A DNA stretch of 64,000 nucleotides from an uncultured virus (IMG/VR IMGVR_UViG_3300024235_000284) (lineage: Duplodnaviria > Heunggongvirae > Uroviricota > Caudoviricetes): the IMG/VR virus record IMGVR_UViG_3300024235_000284, one strand, 5' to 3'. The notes beneath the pieces are model-generated. The model was given only the letters and a program-made list of their open reading frames with translations, did no database searches and was not told the DNA's origin. A program made the translations under genes and the position numbers. Below, in pieces: positions 27,622 to 38,272 of this stretch (position 1 is its first letter; every line of letters begins with the position of its first letter).

Positions 27622-28171
27622 TGCTAGCGATCAACTGTAATTTGTTTTGTTGTGTGTCAATTTCGGAATTGATCTTTGTGATTCTTATGTCTAGTATAGA
27701 TACTTCACTCTCCAATTGCAACCTCTTTTGTTGTACTTTTAATGTATCAACATGTGTGTCAGCGATGTTCTCGATGTTGGTTATCTTGTCGCCAAGTTGG
27801 TTTCGATCGATAGCTTCTAGCTTTGCAAGTTGCAATTTCAAAGTTTTTTCTTTTGTCAGATACTTGAGCATGCTGTCATTCACACTGCTTCGTTCACGTT
27901 GCAAGTCATCGCGATCCTTCTCCAACCGAGACAACACACGTGCCTGTTCGGTCACTTTGAGATCATGATCTAGTTGTGTCACTCTGTCCCGATCCTCCGC
28001 CTTGACTTGTGCGAATAGCGCGTCAGTGTCGCTTGTGTTGTTCGACTTTAGTGCTCGATGTGCTGAATTGTACGCGGTTCGAGCATGATCTGTGACAGTG
28101 CTCATACAACCAATGTTGAACGTGCTAGCAACAGCCAGTAATGAATAGATATATAGTTTTTTCTTGTTCAT
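27614..28171 (-). CDS. Lipoprotein, long coiled-coil
   Basis: FNIGC lipobox-like; heptad pattern. Confidence 0.7.
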   Translation of the reverse strand: MNKKKLYIYSLLAVASTFNIGCMSTVTDHARTAYNSAHRALKSNNTSDTDALFAQVKAEDRDRVTQLDHDLKVTEQARVLSRLEKDRDDLQRERSSVNDSMLKYLTKEKTLKLQLAKLEAIDRNQLGDKITNIENIADTHVDTLKVQQKRLQLESEVSILDIRITKINSEIDTQQNKLQLIASNE

Positions 28172-28236
28172 GATGATGTGGTGTTTATTGTTTGTGTACA
28201 GTTATTATCTACACATATGCATGAAACGGCAACTTC

Positions 28237-28797
28237 TTATCGATATTTGCTCATGTCAATGCCTTGAGCTAGGGCTTTGGCTCGTGCGAATCCGGTGAGC
28301 TTGTCCGGGTCAGGCGCCACTCTGGCTGGTTCGTCCGCATGTTGCTCTGGATCTCCTTCGGTTTCTGCTTTTTTGATCAAATCGTGCATCTTCTTTTTCG
28401 CTTGTTTCTCGATGTTACGATAACGTTCTGCGGTCATGGGGGCTTTACCTGTGGTGTATTTTCCGATGGCGTTGAAGTATTTCTTCATGTCATCTAGATT
28501 GTACTCGTCTCCAGGCATGCGTTCTTCAAGCTCGGCTAGTTTCTGTATGGACCATTCTGAAAATTCTTTTTTGCTCAATGGTTCACCTTCTTCTTGTGCA
28601 GCTGACCAGTATGATATGACCTCATCTGCCGCGTGTATCAATGCCAATGTCTTACGGTTTTTAGTTTCTCTAAACTCAGAGCTATCATCATCCTCTTGTT
28701 GTATGTTCACTTGACGCTTGATCCCGGTCATCTTTTCATATGGACTGCTGAAGTATGCTTCTTTCAGTATTTTATCTATTGCGTCATCAAAGCTCAT
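28237..28797 (-). CDS. Late protein, possibly head-internal
   Basis: ATAAATA 5 nt before ATG; MSFDDAIDKILKE N-terminus. Confidence 0.7.
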   Translation of the reverse strand: MSFDDAIDKILKEAYFSSPYEKMTGIKRQVNIQQEDDDSSEFRETKNRKTLALIHAADEVISYWSAAQEEGEPLSKKEFSEWSIQKLAELEERMPGDEYNLDDMKKYFNAIGKYTTGKAPMTAERYRNIEKQAKKKMHDLIKKAETEGDPEQHADEPARVAPDPDKLTGFARAKALAQGIDMSKYR

Positions 28798-28922
28798 GTA
28801 GTTATTTATTTACTAACAAGGGATTATCTCGTGTTAAAATTCATTATGTGTTGATTTTTCGTGGGTGAGAGTACCGTTTTGATGTAACAATCGGTTCATT
28901 TTAAACTTGTCTCTGTACATTT

Positions 28923-29732
28923 CTAGGATTTGTTTATATTTTGTTGTATGCTTTTGTATATATTACCCTTCAGTTTATAGCTCCTATCACAATCTTTACA
29001 CACACTCAATATGTTTCTGTTATTATTAAAGTGTTGTTCTCTGTACATGTTTAATTTCTCGTTGTGATTAACATACTCGTGTATCGATTGATCCATTACA
29101 TTTGACATTACAATCTGCTCTTCCCAATCATCACAACACAGATTATAATCACCATTCCAGTTTATAAACATTTTTTGAAATAGAAAAGCACACGGGTGGT
29201 CTATGGATATAGGTTTGTTTTTTGTTTTTAAAAAACCACCTCGGTTACTAAATTTAGTGTTTATACTATTATTACACTCCACATAATTAACACCTTTATC
29301 GGGTTTGAATAATACTTGTACATTTTTATATCGGTTATATTTTTCAACCTGATGTTTATAATATGTTTCATCATCTACATAGACATCTAGATATATTTTC
29401 CAAAACTTATGTATATAGTCTTCATATAGATGCATTTTTTTACCGTTCGTGTACATGTAACATCTATATTTGGCGTCATCGGTTAATAATATATCTAATA
29501 TATTGTTAAAATTATTTGTTAAAGTTGGTTCGCCTCTACCGGTGATTGATACCAGTTTATCATAATTGCAATCATTCAAATGCTCTCTTATTTTATTACA
29601 TGTTTCAATACTCATGTGTAAATTTCTATTCGGGTACCCGGATGATCGTGGACAAAAACTGCATTTGAGGTTGCATAATTCTGTAGGATTGATTTCGATC
29701 CTCTGCATGTATTTTAAATAATCAATAATCAT
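28923..29732 (-). CDS. Radical SAM protein with SPASM/twitch domain
   Basis: CNLKCSFC; C-terminal PC...INWNGDYNLCC...CKDC. Confidence 0.92.
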   Translation of the reverse strand: MIIDYLKYMQRIEINPTELCNLKCSFCPRSSGYPNRNLHMSIETCNKIREHLNDCNYDKLVSITGRGEPTLTNNFNNILDILLTDDAKYRCYMYTNGKKMHLYEDYIHKFWKIYLDVYVDDETYYKHQVEKYNRYKNVQVLFKPDKGVNYVECNNSINTKFSNRGGFLKTKNKPISIDHPCAFLFQKMFINWNGDYNLCCDDWEEQIVMSNVMDQSIHEYVNHNEKLNMYREQHFNNNRNILSVCKDCDRSYKLKGNIYKSIQQNINKS

Positions 29733-29734
29733 AA

Positions 29735-30367
29735 TTATCTAAAGCAACTTAATGTAGATAGATCTATACCATAATCGCTCGACTGGCCGCTATCTATATT
29801 ATTTGGTTGTGTTTTATAAAATTGTTCAACACCCCTGACAGCCTCTTCCGGAGTCATATACATATGCCACCCTATCGCCGGTACTGTTTTATTATCTATA
29901 TCATTATAGTATATACTGGACCTACCGTCATACCGGGATCGTATCAACCAATCTCTTGTATGTTTATCATTTGTTAGTATCATACCCCCACGTCCAATTG
30001 AAAGGATTTTTTTACTATGAAACGATACACAATACAGAGTATCATTATATTCCTTATACATACATTCAGTGAATCGTTGTGCAGAATCAATCACCGGTAA
30101 TGGAGCTAATCTATATGTACCTGACCAATTTAAATCAATAAAATCTATACCAAAACCCGCATGCAGAGCTTGCATTGGTACAGATATGTATGTGCGTTTA
30201 GGTATTTCAATAATATTACTCTCGGGAACATTACCAGTATACCTACAATACATCATGCTCAAAAACAATGCATTTGTACAGCTATCAACTGCAACTCCAT
30301 ATTTACTACCAGCGTATTCAGCAATTATGCTTTCAAAATACTCAACATTATCCCACAAAGTTTTCAT
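29735..30367 (-). CDS. DegT/DnrJ/EryC1/StrS sugar aminotransferase (short form)
   Basis: AVDSCTNALFL, IDSAQ, SFHSKKILSIGRGG. Confidence 0.88.
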   Translation of the reverse strand: MKTLWDNVEYFESIIAEYAGSKYGVAVDSCTNALFLSMMYCRYTGNVPESNIIEIPKRTYISVPMQALHAGFGIDFIDLNWSGTYRLAPLPVIDSAQRFTECMYKEYNDTLYCVSFHSKKILSIGRGGMILTNDKHTRDWLIRSRYDGRSSIYYNDIDNKTVPAIGWHMYMTPEEAVRGVEQFYKTQPNNIDSGQSSDYGIDLSTLSCFR

Positions 30368-31253
30368 ATATTTTACGTGTACCAGTAATAAAGTCCGTTT
30401 TTGGTTTCCAACCTAATAGCTTTTCTGCTTTTGCACAACAAACATTCTTACCAGTATAATCACCCCCACGTTCATTAATGTGCACGATATTTAAATCAAT
30501 AGACAACAGCTCTTGTACTCTTTGTGCAACATCTAAAACACTTATATCCTCACAACCGTCTAGATTTATAATCTGGTTACGTGCACTGCGTTCCAATGCC
30601 ATACAATTACCCATACCATGGTCATCAACATATAAAAACCTCCTACTATTAGAACCATCACCTACAATTGTTAATGATTTGGTCTTTATGGCGTCTGATA
30701 AAAACTTATAGAAAACGGCAGATGGGTGTGAATTTATACCGTATGCGATGCCATAACGTAATATAGTATAATCTAGCCCTTTCATTTGATGATAATTAAG
30801 TATCAGAGATTCGCTCGATATCTTTGTTGTTGTGTATATATGCTTACTATTTTGTATCAATAGGCTCGTATCTTCATCTACGGAATGTACGTCACAAGTG
30901 CTGTACACCCATACTGAGCTGGAAAATATAATATGGGATATACCTAAACAATCCATCGCGTCTAGTACATTCATTAAACCTATGATATTTGTATTTGCTG
31001 CACATCTTGGTATTTTTATATTCTCCTCATGTGTGTGTATCGCTGCTAACATAAAAACACTATCAATATCATATTTACCTAGTGCACATAATATTGATTC
31101 ATAATTTCGCACGTCGGCATATATATATTTCGCTTCAGCTACGCTAGGTGGCTGTATGTCTATTATTATAACTTTATGCCCATTAGCTAACAACTGTTTT
31201 GCTGTACTTGTACCAATAAAACCACTACCACCGACAATTGCTACATTACTCAT
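30348..31253 (-). CDS. NAD-dependent sugar epimerase/dehydratase
   Basis: GGSGFIG, FSSS, YTTTK, LRYGIAYG. Confidence 0.92.
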   Translation of the reverse strand: MSNVAIVGGSGFIGTSTAKQLLANGHKVIIIDIQPPSVAEAKYIYADVRNYESILCALGKYDIDSVFMLAAIHTHEENIKIPRCAANTNIIGLMNVLDAMDCLGISHIIFSSSVWVYSTCDVHSVDEDTSLLIQNSKHIYTTTKISSESLILNYHQMKGLDYTILRYGIAYGINSHPSAVFYKFLSDAIKTKSLTIVGDGSNSRRFLYVDDHGMGNCMALERSARNQIINLDGCEDISVLDVAQRVQELLSIDLNIVHINERGGDYTGKNVCCAKAEKLLGWKPKTDFITGTRKIYENFVG

Positions 31254-32188
31254 AATATAGATTGGTTATTATAAAAAGCACGCGCTCTATTTAATACACT
31301 ATTATCAATTGTTTTCATGTATGATATACAATCTTCAATGGTTTGTTCAAATGTATATTGTAATTCTACTCCGATTGATTTTAATAACTCGTCGTGTGTT
31401 TGCGCTACTATATTTGTGTTGAGCTCTTCCCCAACTCTCATAGGTATGTGTTTAATTTTTGATTCACTCTTTAACAATTTTATAATTAAATTTGCAACTG
31501 CGTTACAACTTACAGCATGGCCCGTTCCTACATCATATATTTTATCAATTTTACCCATTCCTTTACGTGTTGATGTGATAGCTATATTTGCAATATCTCG
31601 TACATCGATAATATCGACAGTCTGTTCCCCGGTACCATATATCTCTATATCTAAATTGAGCATCGCTTGACATATTGCCATTGGTATAAATTTCCTCACC
31701 GGATACAAATGCTGGCGCGGCCCTGTAGCATTCATCCATCTTAGTATGGTTATATCCATATTATGAATATTCTTGTACATCTTAGCAAAATTTTCTGCTG
31801 TAATTTTTGATATGGTGTATGTATTTTCCCAATAACTAGAAAATATAGGTTTCGTGGGGTGAAATACTCTATTTACATTGTAATCCAAGCATGATTGAAG
31901 CACGTTAAATGCACCTTTGATATTTGTATCAATGGCGCGTTCAGTTTGAAAAACAAGCTCATGAGTACCGAGAACTCCTGCGCAGTCATAAACCTCTTCA
32001 CATCCTTTGATGTATCTATCTAGCGACGTCTTGTGACATATATCACCATCAACATACATAACATTATCATTATGATCAACCTCTGGTTTTGATTTGTCAA
32101 AAACAATAACTTCATTATCCTCTTTAGATAATATATCAACAATATGACTACCGATAAATCCTGAACCACCTGTAACTAATATCTTCAC
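31250..32188 (-). CDS. NAD-dependent sugar epimerase/dehydratase
   Basis: TGGSGFIG, YTISK, LRWMNATGP. Confidence 0.92.
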   Translation of the reverse strand: MKILVTGGSGFIGSHIVDILSKEDNEVIVFDKSKPEVDHNDNVMYVDGDICHKTSLDRYIKGCEEVYDCAGVLGTHELVFQTERAIDTNIKGAFNVLQSCLDYNVNRVFHPTKPIFSSYWENTYTISKITAENFAKMYKNIHNMDITILRWMNATGPRQHLYPVRKFIPMAICQAMLNLDIEIYGTGEQTVDIIDVRDIANIAITSTRKGMGKIDKIYDVGTGHAVSCNAVANLIIKLLKSESKIKHIPMRVGEELNTNIVAQTHDELLKSIGVELQYTFEQTIEDCISYMKTIDNSVLNRARAFYNNQSIL

Positions 32189-32197
32189 TACAATACT

Positions 32198-32249
32198 ATT
32201 ATATAGTATCGGAATATCAATTGCAATACAAACTTTAATATATTATAAT
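32198..32249. promoter_or_regulatory. Divergent promoter pair sharing one palindromic -35
   Basis: ATTATA(32198-32203)-17-TTGCAA(32221-32226)-17-TATAAT(32244-32249). Confidence 0.75.
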
Positions 32250-32256
32250 ATATGTT

Positions 32257-33075
32257 ATGAAGGACATTTCACAATCAGATATACAAAATAATATACCTTT
32301 GGTGTCACGTGCAGAAAATTGGTTGGTTGAACCTATGTTCATCGCCGGGCCTTGCACAGTAGAAAATATTGATCAACTACAACAAACAGCCAAAGCGCTA
32401 AAGGCATCCGGTATAAAATATATGCGCGCGGGAGCCTATAAGCCAATGACATTTCCGTATAGGAATAATGTCGCGTATGAGTTAAGGGAGCACGGATTGA
32501 GTCTATTAAAATCAGTGAAGGAAGAATATGAAATTAAAATTGTTACTGAAGTTGTAGATTTGAGAACCACGGAAAGTGTAGCTCAAGTTGCGGATATAAT
32601 TCAAATCGGTACGAGGAACATGTACAATTACCCGTTACTTGAAACTGTGGCTCAATTTGAACAACCTATATTACTCAAAAGACACTTTGGTGCTAGTTTG
32701 AGGGACTGGCTGGGAGCCGCCGAGTATATATTAAAAAATGGTAATGATCGTGTTATATTATGTGAGAGAGGTGTTGTAGCTCCACACACACATGAAACTA
32801 CATCTAGATTTATTGCTGATATACAAGCAATACCGGCAGTCAAAATGTACACAAATCTACCTGTAATAATAGATCCATCACATGCAACATTTAATAGAAA
32901 TTTAGTACCATCAATTACATATGCAGGAATGGCAGCCGGTGCTGATGGATTTATAATAGAAGCGCACCCAACTCCTGAAATAGCGGCAGTAGATCCTTTA
33001 AATGCAATCCCGCTCAATAAGCTAAAAGATGTTGTGGATAAATCTAAACGTATAAGTAAAATAATAAATGAGTGA
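32257..33075 (+). CDS. DAHP synthase I-beta / KdsA-family PEP aldolase with variant substrate motif
   Basis: IAGPCTVE, RAGAYKPMT, QIGTRNM, LCERG, IDPSH, IIEAH. Confidence 0.85.
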   Translation: MKDISQSDIQNNIPLVSRAENWLVEPMFIAGPCTVENIDQLQQTAKALKASGIKYMRAGAYKPMTFPYRNNVAYELREHGLSLLKSVKEEYEIKIVTEVVDLRTTESVAQVADIIQIGTRNMYNYPLLETVAQFEQPILLKRHFGASLRDWLGAAEYILKNGNDRVILCERGVVAPHTHETTSRFIADIQAIPAVKMYTNLPVIIDPSHATFNRNLVPSITYAGMAAGADGFIIEAHPTPEIAAVDPLNAIPLNKLKDVVDKSKRISKIINE

Positions 33076-33898
33076 TGAATTAACGATTACATGCAATTGT
33101 GATGAGAGGTATTTGGACCATTTGATACCCTTAATTAAATCGATCAACAAAAACACTAGCAACACAAGATTGTATATAAGACTAGTGAATGTAAAAGATG
33201 ATACACTGGTCAGAGAAATAATAAATACAAAATCAGAAATAATACATGATAGCAAACCCTTATCTACTAAACGATGCTTACTGACCGGAGATCAAATGTT
33301 AAATGCACCTATATTTGAGAAGAAAAAACACCACCCATTACTATTAAGTGAACAAGCATGTTATTGCAGTAATATAAAATACAATACCATCAACAACCTA
33401 CTCGAACGAGGTGATCAACATATATTGCAAATGGATGTAGATGCAATCGTCAGGAGAGATTTAAATAATTTAATTGGACTCATAAAAAAATATGATATTG
33501 TCATACGTAAAGACATACCCAATTACGGTAGTTTGGTTAAAAATTATAGATCAAAATCAGAACTAGGGGGCGTTACATACAGGCAGGGTGTTATCGGGAT
33601 TAATAACACACTAACAGTAAGAAAACTCTTCCGAGAGGTAGAGGATTTAGTGATGGAGGACATGAAGAACTGGGATGCAGATCAGATTAATTTTCAGAGA
33701 GTGTTTGAATCCATGCAACAGGATATTAAGTTTTACAACTTGCCTGTCACGTATAGGGACACTTGTCATGATTTTGCGGGTGGTGATCAAACCGGTGGTG
33801 AATTAAATGCTGGTTCGCACATTTGGTCCGGTTCGTATAAAGCTAAATTCACTCAAGATAGGTATTTACGTGAAAAGAAAAGGTATGCATCACTGTAA
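33068..33898 (+). CDS. GT-A fold glycosyltransferase (nucleotide-diphospho-sugar transferase-like)
   Basis: LQMDVDAIV DxD motif; WDADQ. Confidence 0.7.
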   Translation: MSDELTITCNCDERYLDHLIPLIKSINKNTSNTRLYIRLVNVKDDTLVREIINTKSEIIHDSKPLSTKRCLLTGDQMLNAPIFEKKKHHPLLLSEQACYCSNIKYNTINNLLERGDQHILQMDVDAIVRRDLNNLIGLIKKYDIVIRKDIPNYGSLVKNYRSKSELGGVTYRQGVIGINNTLTVRKLFREVEDLVMEDMKNWDADQINFQRVFESMQQDIKFYNLPVTYRDTCHDFAGGDQTGGELNAGSHIWSGSYKAKFTQDRYLREKKRYASL

Positions 33899-34599
33899 TG
33901 AAGCAAGAAATACATATATGCTATTTAATAAATGATAAATTTTTAGATCTTACTCTCAACTCTATAAAATATATAAAACTTTTTTTTCAATCTAAAAACC
34001 ATAAATTAAAATTTCATATTATAGGTATAAATGATTTTGAAGTACCTGCCGGCATTAATTTTATAAAGTCAAATTGCACACATTTGCCGATACTACATCA
34101 ACGTGTATACATTCCACACATGCTGGGCGTTGATAGGGTTATATTTATCGATAGCGATACTGTAACAACAACATGCATATCTAAATTATGGGATGTCGAT
34201 CTTAACGGTAATATAATTGGGGCTGTACAACACTACGTCTCGAAAACAATAGGATCTATGATAGATTATTGGTCTTTCGATTTTTCTCCATATATACATT
34301 ATAAAGACAAACCATATTTCAATTGTGGTGTCATGGTTATAGATTGTAAAGAGTGGATTGCTAACAAAGTCGCGGAAAAATGTTTACAAGAGTTCAAAAT
34401 ATATGAAAATACTATCAGACGTGGATGGGATGAACCTGGGTTTAATATTGTACTCATGAATAATTGGAAGAGTTTAGATAGTCGTTGGAACGATTATCCA
34501 GACAAAGGCGCAAAATACAAAAAGACATACATAACACACTACTACGGGCAAGTTTATAAAGGTAAGAATGACCATAATATGTTTATGGTACAGAAATGA
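33898..34599 (+). CDS. Glycosyltransferase family 8
   Basis: RVIFIDSD, YFNCGVMVID, LDSRWN, ITHYYG. Confidence 0.9.
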   Translation: MKQEIHICYLINDKFLDLTLNSIKYIKLFFQSKNHKLKFHIIGINDFEVPAGINFIKSNCTHLPILHQRVYIPHMLGVDRVIFIDSDTVTTTCISKLWDVDLNGNIIGAVQHYVSKTIGSMIDYWSFDFSPYIHYKDKPYFNCGVMVIDCKEWIANKVAEKCLQEFKIYENTIRRGWDEPGFNIVLMNNWKSLDSRWNDYPDKGAKYKKTYITHYYGQVYKGKNDHNMFMVQK

Positions 34600-35180
34600 T
34601 GAGATTGGTTATTGTTGGTAACGGTGCTAGTGTGCTCTGTAATAAGAATGGTAAATTTATCGATGAATGTGATCATGTAATACGTATTAATAAATGGCCA
34701 GGAAAAGGATATGAGGAGTATATTGGCAAGAAGCGAGATATATACTGTTCTTGGAATGGTAGATATAATAGGTGTAATGTAGATTTCTTGTCAACATTTA
34801 ATGAGTTTTGGGTAATGGAAAATAAAAATGACTTTAATACATATAATGTGAGTGTTGAAGTATTACAATATCTGCATCAGAAACAAACACATTACTTGAG
34901 TGAAATAGATATAGTAAACCTAAAGAATGAGATAAATTATGATGGACCGGCGATGCCGTCTACTGGTTTCTGTGCGATATACAAATGCTTAGAATTGTAT
35001 TCTAACGCAGATATATATATTACCGGATTCGATAGCTATATTAAGAGTGGTTGGTTTTGGGATGTATCTGGACCGCGCGCGGCTGCTGCAGCAGGAGGTG
35101 GTAGAGAAGGCCATCCATTCCTTAAGGAATATTCATGTCTTAAAAAATATATCAAATCCGGTAAAATTAAACAATTATAA
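34596..35180 (+). CDS. GT29-like sialyltransferase
   Basis: IVGNG...GKFIDECDHVIRIN (L motif), PSTG (S motif), ITGFD, HPFLKE. Confidence 0.8.
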   Translation: MMRLVIVGNGASVLCNKNGKFIDECDHVIRINKWPGKGYEEYIGKKRDIYCSWNGRYNRCNVDFLSTFNEFWVMENKNDFNTYNVSVEVLQYLHQKQTHYLSEIDIVNLKNEINYDGPAMPSTGFCAIYKCLELYSNADIYITGFDSYIKSGWFWDVSGPRAAAAAGGGREGHPFLKEYSCLKKYIKSGKIKQL

Positions 35181-35840
35181 ACAAGTTAACTTCATGTAAT
35201 GATTTGCCATCTCAAGATCAGCGATTGTGTGTATATCTAGACCCGTCTCTTCAACTTCAACTATAAAGACGTTGTTACCTACCCTTTTACCTTGCCGTAC
35301 TATACTGCTTCGAGTCGCGCAACATACCCCGGTTTTTTCTTCTATAACGTATGATCTTTCTTGTCTACTAGAATAATTTTCCCAGTATAATTTCTTTTGA
35401 TCGCTAGTCCATATATTTTTATACAATCTTTTACCAACAAAGACGGATTCAAGTGATGGTTTGTCTTTAAGCTTTTGTATACATGTATCTATCCACTCTA
35501 CCTCCCGGAAAGGTTGACAGCAGTCCAAATACAAAACGATGTCATAAACATTGTGATTAGCATCTAACCATTTTAATGCATGCTGTAATCCAGACTCAGT
35601 AGTGGATCTATCTTGTGATATTTCTTTAGGTCTTACAAACGGGACTAATGCCTTTTCTTGTTTTGATATTTCTTTTATTGTATCACAATCAGTAGAAACC
35701 ACAACATCATCAATCATTTTGGATTTTTTAGCCTGTCTAATTGTATGTGCAATGAGCGGAATTCCATTTAATTTAGAAACATTTTTACCAGGAAGGCCCT
35801 TAGAGCCACCTCTTGCTAGTATAATACAAACAACACTCAT
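35175..35840 (-). CDS. Acylneuraminate/ulosonate cytidylyltransferase (NeuA-like)
   Basis: IILARGGSKGLPGKN, VVSTD, PFVRP, LDIHTIAD. Confidence 0.92.
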   Translation of the reverse strand: MSVVCIILARGGSKGLPGKNVSKLNGIPLIAHTIRQAKKSKMIDDVVVSTDCDTIKEISKQEKALVPFVRPKEISQDRSTTESGLQHALKWLDANHNVYDIVLYLDCCQPFREVEWIDTCIQKLKDKPSLESVFVGKRLYKNIWTSDQKKLYWENYSSRQERSYVIEEKTGVCCATRSSIVRQGKRVGNNVFIVEVEETGLDIHTIADLEMANHYMKLTCL

Positions 35841-36511
35841 CTAACATTCCACCAATCTTCTAAAGTATTCATTTTATTACTTAACAACTTTTTATAGCCT
35901 ACCAATTCCTCACCTCTTGTATCTTCATCTTGCTTACATATATAATTCACTAGAAGCGTTCTCCTATCACCAGTGCACGGATGCATCATCCCATGCCATT
36001 GTTTTTTATCATGTTTAGATCGAGGGTAGAAAAAATAACCACAGTTGTCTGTGAAAGGTAGTTTGTGTACAATTTGTAATTGTTCGTTATATATCTCAGT
36101 ACCAACGTTTTGCTGACATGTTCTATCCGGTAGAAATACCTGCATCGTAAATAATTTTGACTTTCTATCAAGATGTGGTTTGAGATTGAACCCCGCTTTA
36201 TCGATAGTCAGGTCAACTCTAACATAACTATGTTTAAACTTTTCAGCTCCTACCCTTTCTCCTATTTTTTCGAGTAATTGTATTGTCTGGCTATCCAGTA
36301 ATTTATTCACAATTTTTGCAACATATGAATATTTTTTTGCATTTTTTTTGGTGAATCTAAAAACATCTCTATTACTATCTGTTACCAACCGGGAGTTAAA
36401 TTCAGTTAATTCAACATTATGTAAAAATTCTAGAGTGTTTGTATCAAACACATCATGTATTTCCCAAAATGGCCACGGGTCAGAATGATATATATTATCA
36501 TCTAAATTCAT
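35837..36511 (-). CDS. 2OG-Fe(II) oxygenase
   Basis: PHLD, WHG, RRTLLVNY. Confidence 0.8.
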   Translation of the reverse strand: MNLDDNIYHSDPWPFWEIHDVFDTNTLEFLHNVELTEFNSRLVTDSNRDVFRFTKKNAKKYSYVAKIVNKLLDSQTIQLLEKIGERVGAEKFKHSYVRVDLTIDKAGFNLKPHLDRKSKLFTMQVFLPDRTCQQNVGTEIYNEQLQIVHKLPFTDNCGYFFYPRSKHDKKQWHGMMHPCTGDRRTLLVNYICKQDEDTRGEELVGYKKLLSNKMNTLEDWWNVR

Positions 36512-37365
36512 AATACCTCCTTAAACCTCAAAAATGAACTCTTACCGTTCATTGTACCGTCAATATTGCATTCATCACAAGGTGAGTGATTGCGATCATA
36601 ATTACTTAAACTCTTTCTATATTTGTTTAATTCAGCTGACAGCCAGATATCTTCAATCTTGTCATTATTTACATTTAATTTGATATTCCCTCTTCTTCTC
36701 CAGTCCTGGCAACACAATAATATATCACCATTCCAATCGATCATAAGCTTATAAAACGGCAGATAGCAACCTCTTTTTAATGGGGTTTTAGGCTTCTTTA
36801 TAGTCTTGACTGCCCCGGCCCGGTTATTTAAAGTCAATCCATAGTCCTTGTCTGGACCAAAATAATGATGTCGCAGGCAGTACATCTGTTCTGGAATACC
36901 ATGTAACATTTTATTATAAACATCTATCTGATATTCACCGTCATATAAATCTATTTCAATTCTATCTACACCCACACTATATAGTTTAATAGCTAATTCT
37001 CTTGTTAACTTATCTCCATTTGTGATGAGTTGTAGTCTCTCGATATCTATATTGTTACGTTTAATTGTTTGTACCAGCTTTAATATGTTGTTATGTAGTA
37101 ACGGTTCACCAAACCCTGAGAAGGTAACACGTCCGGTGTATTTCATTTCTTCTAGACTACATGCAATACTTTCTGCAGTTTTAATATCCATGTGTAAGTT
37201 TCTATTTGGGTATATATTTTTGTCATGTCTAGGGCAAAAGACACATGTTCTATTGCATAATTCAACCGGATTGATTTCAATTCTTTTAAGAGTTGTTTGT
37301 AATGTTGATACACTGTCCAGAGACTTCAACCGATCGTTGTTGATTGGGTCAATATATTTCTTCAT
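36508..37365 (-). CDS. Radical SAM protein with SPASM/twitch domain (paralog of 28923-29732)
   Basis: RIEINPVELCNRTCVFCPR, GFGEP, LLCCQDW, CDEC. Confidence 0.92.
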   Translation of the reverse strand: MKKYIDPINNDRLKSLDSVSTLQTTLKRIEINPVELCNRTCVFCPRHDKNIYPNRNLHMDIKTAESIACSLEEMKYTGRVTFSGFGEPLLHNNILKLVQTIKRNNIDIERLQLITNGDKLTRELAIKLYSVGVDRIEIDLYDGEYQIDVYNKMLHGIPEQMYCLRHHYFGPDKDYGLTLNNRAGAVKTIKKPKTPLKRGCYLPFYKLMIDWNGDILLCCQDWRRRGNIKLNVNNDKIEDIWLSAELNKYRKSLSNYDRNHSPCDECNIDGTMNGKSSFLRFKEVL

Positions 37366-38272
37366 ATTGCGCTACCGGTTGCGTTGTTATTATGCACCAA
37401 TTGTCGTCTCTAACCTTAAAAAACCATTCCGTTTGCATCTTTTTAATAGTCTCTTGTGGTATTTTGACGTATACAAAATTAGTATTAGTTGTATCATATA
37501 TATGATAGCCTCTATCATTATATATATCAAATAAATGTTTTGTGCCTTGCTTTATTCTATCTACTGATTGCTGTACCTCTGAATAATTGTCTAACAATTT
37601 AGATACTATCTGAATACCAATATTAGTTACTGGAGAAGTCGGTCGGTACTGCATGAAATTGTTTACATTTGTTTTATGTGTTAATAATAGACCAATTCTG
37701 TATCCAGCTAGACCCCACGCTTTGCTGAAAGATCTAGCGATTGCAATATTTTCTATTTTATCAATTAATGGTAATGCTGTGATACCACTAAATTCATAGT
37801 AAGCTTCATCAACTAATACAAAATCATGTAATCTTGATAACTCTACAATCTCATTAATAGTTAAAATATCTCCAGTTGGATTGTTTGGGTTACAAATATA
37901 TAGTAACGTTTTAGTGTTATTATGTGTCTTGTACAAATCACCATAATGACAAGCACCTTTATATGTGTCATTATAGTACATAATTTTTTTATAGCCTGTA
38001 AAATACTCAAACACATGTTTAAGAGCTCCGTCGCATCCATTAGTTAAAATTATATTATCGGCATTTGTATCTAAAAAATCTGAGAGTTTATAATAAAGCT
38101 TGTTATAATCAGGATATATGAATGTGGCCTTACTATCTATATTATCAACAATATCACATACATATTCATTGTAAATTATATCAGTATTTTCATTTCGGTG
38201 GAATTTTTTTAAGTGTTTATTTTTATCTAAATACGATATACTTTCATCTAGTTGCTTCCACCCCGGTCTCAT
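37349..38272 (-). CDS. PLP-dependent class I/II aminotransferase (HisC-like)
   Basis: CNPNNPTG, VDEAY, RSFSKAWGLAGYRIG. Confidence 0.9.
   Translation of the reverse strand: MRPGWKQLDESISYLDKNKHLKKFHRNENTDIIYNEYVCDIVDNIDSKATFIYPDYNKLYYKLSDFLDTNADNIILTNGCDGALKHVFEYFTGYKKIMYYNDTYKGACHYGDLYKTHNNTKTLLYICNPNNPTGDILTINEIVELSRLHDFVLVDEAYYEFSGITALPLIDKIENIAIARSFSKAWGLAGYRIGLLLTHKTNVNNFMQYRPTSPVTNIGIQIVSKLLDNYSEVQQSVDRIKQGTKHLFDIYNDRGYHIYDTTNTNFVYVKIPQETIKKMQTEWFFKVRDDNWCIITTQPVAQYEEIY

Noticed and set aside
32257..33075. Plain aroF auxiliary metabolic gene
   Set aside because: Altered KPRT motif and glycosylation context; no gene symbol assigned.
37349..38272. hisC as histidine biosynthesis
   Set aside because: No other his genes; the context suggests a tailoring aminotransferase or decarboxylase.
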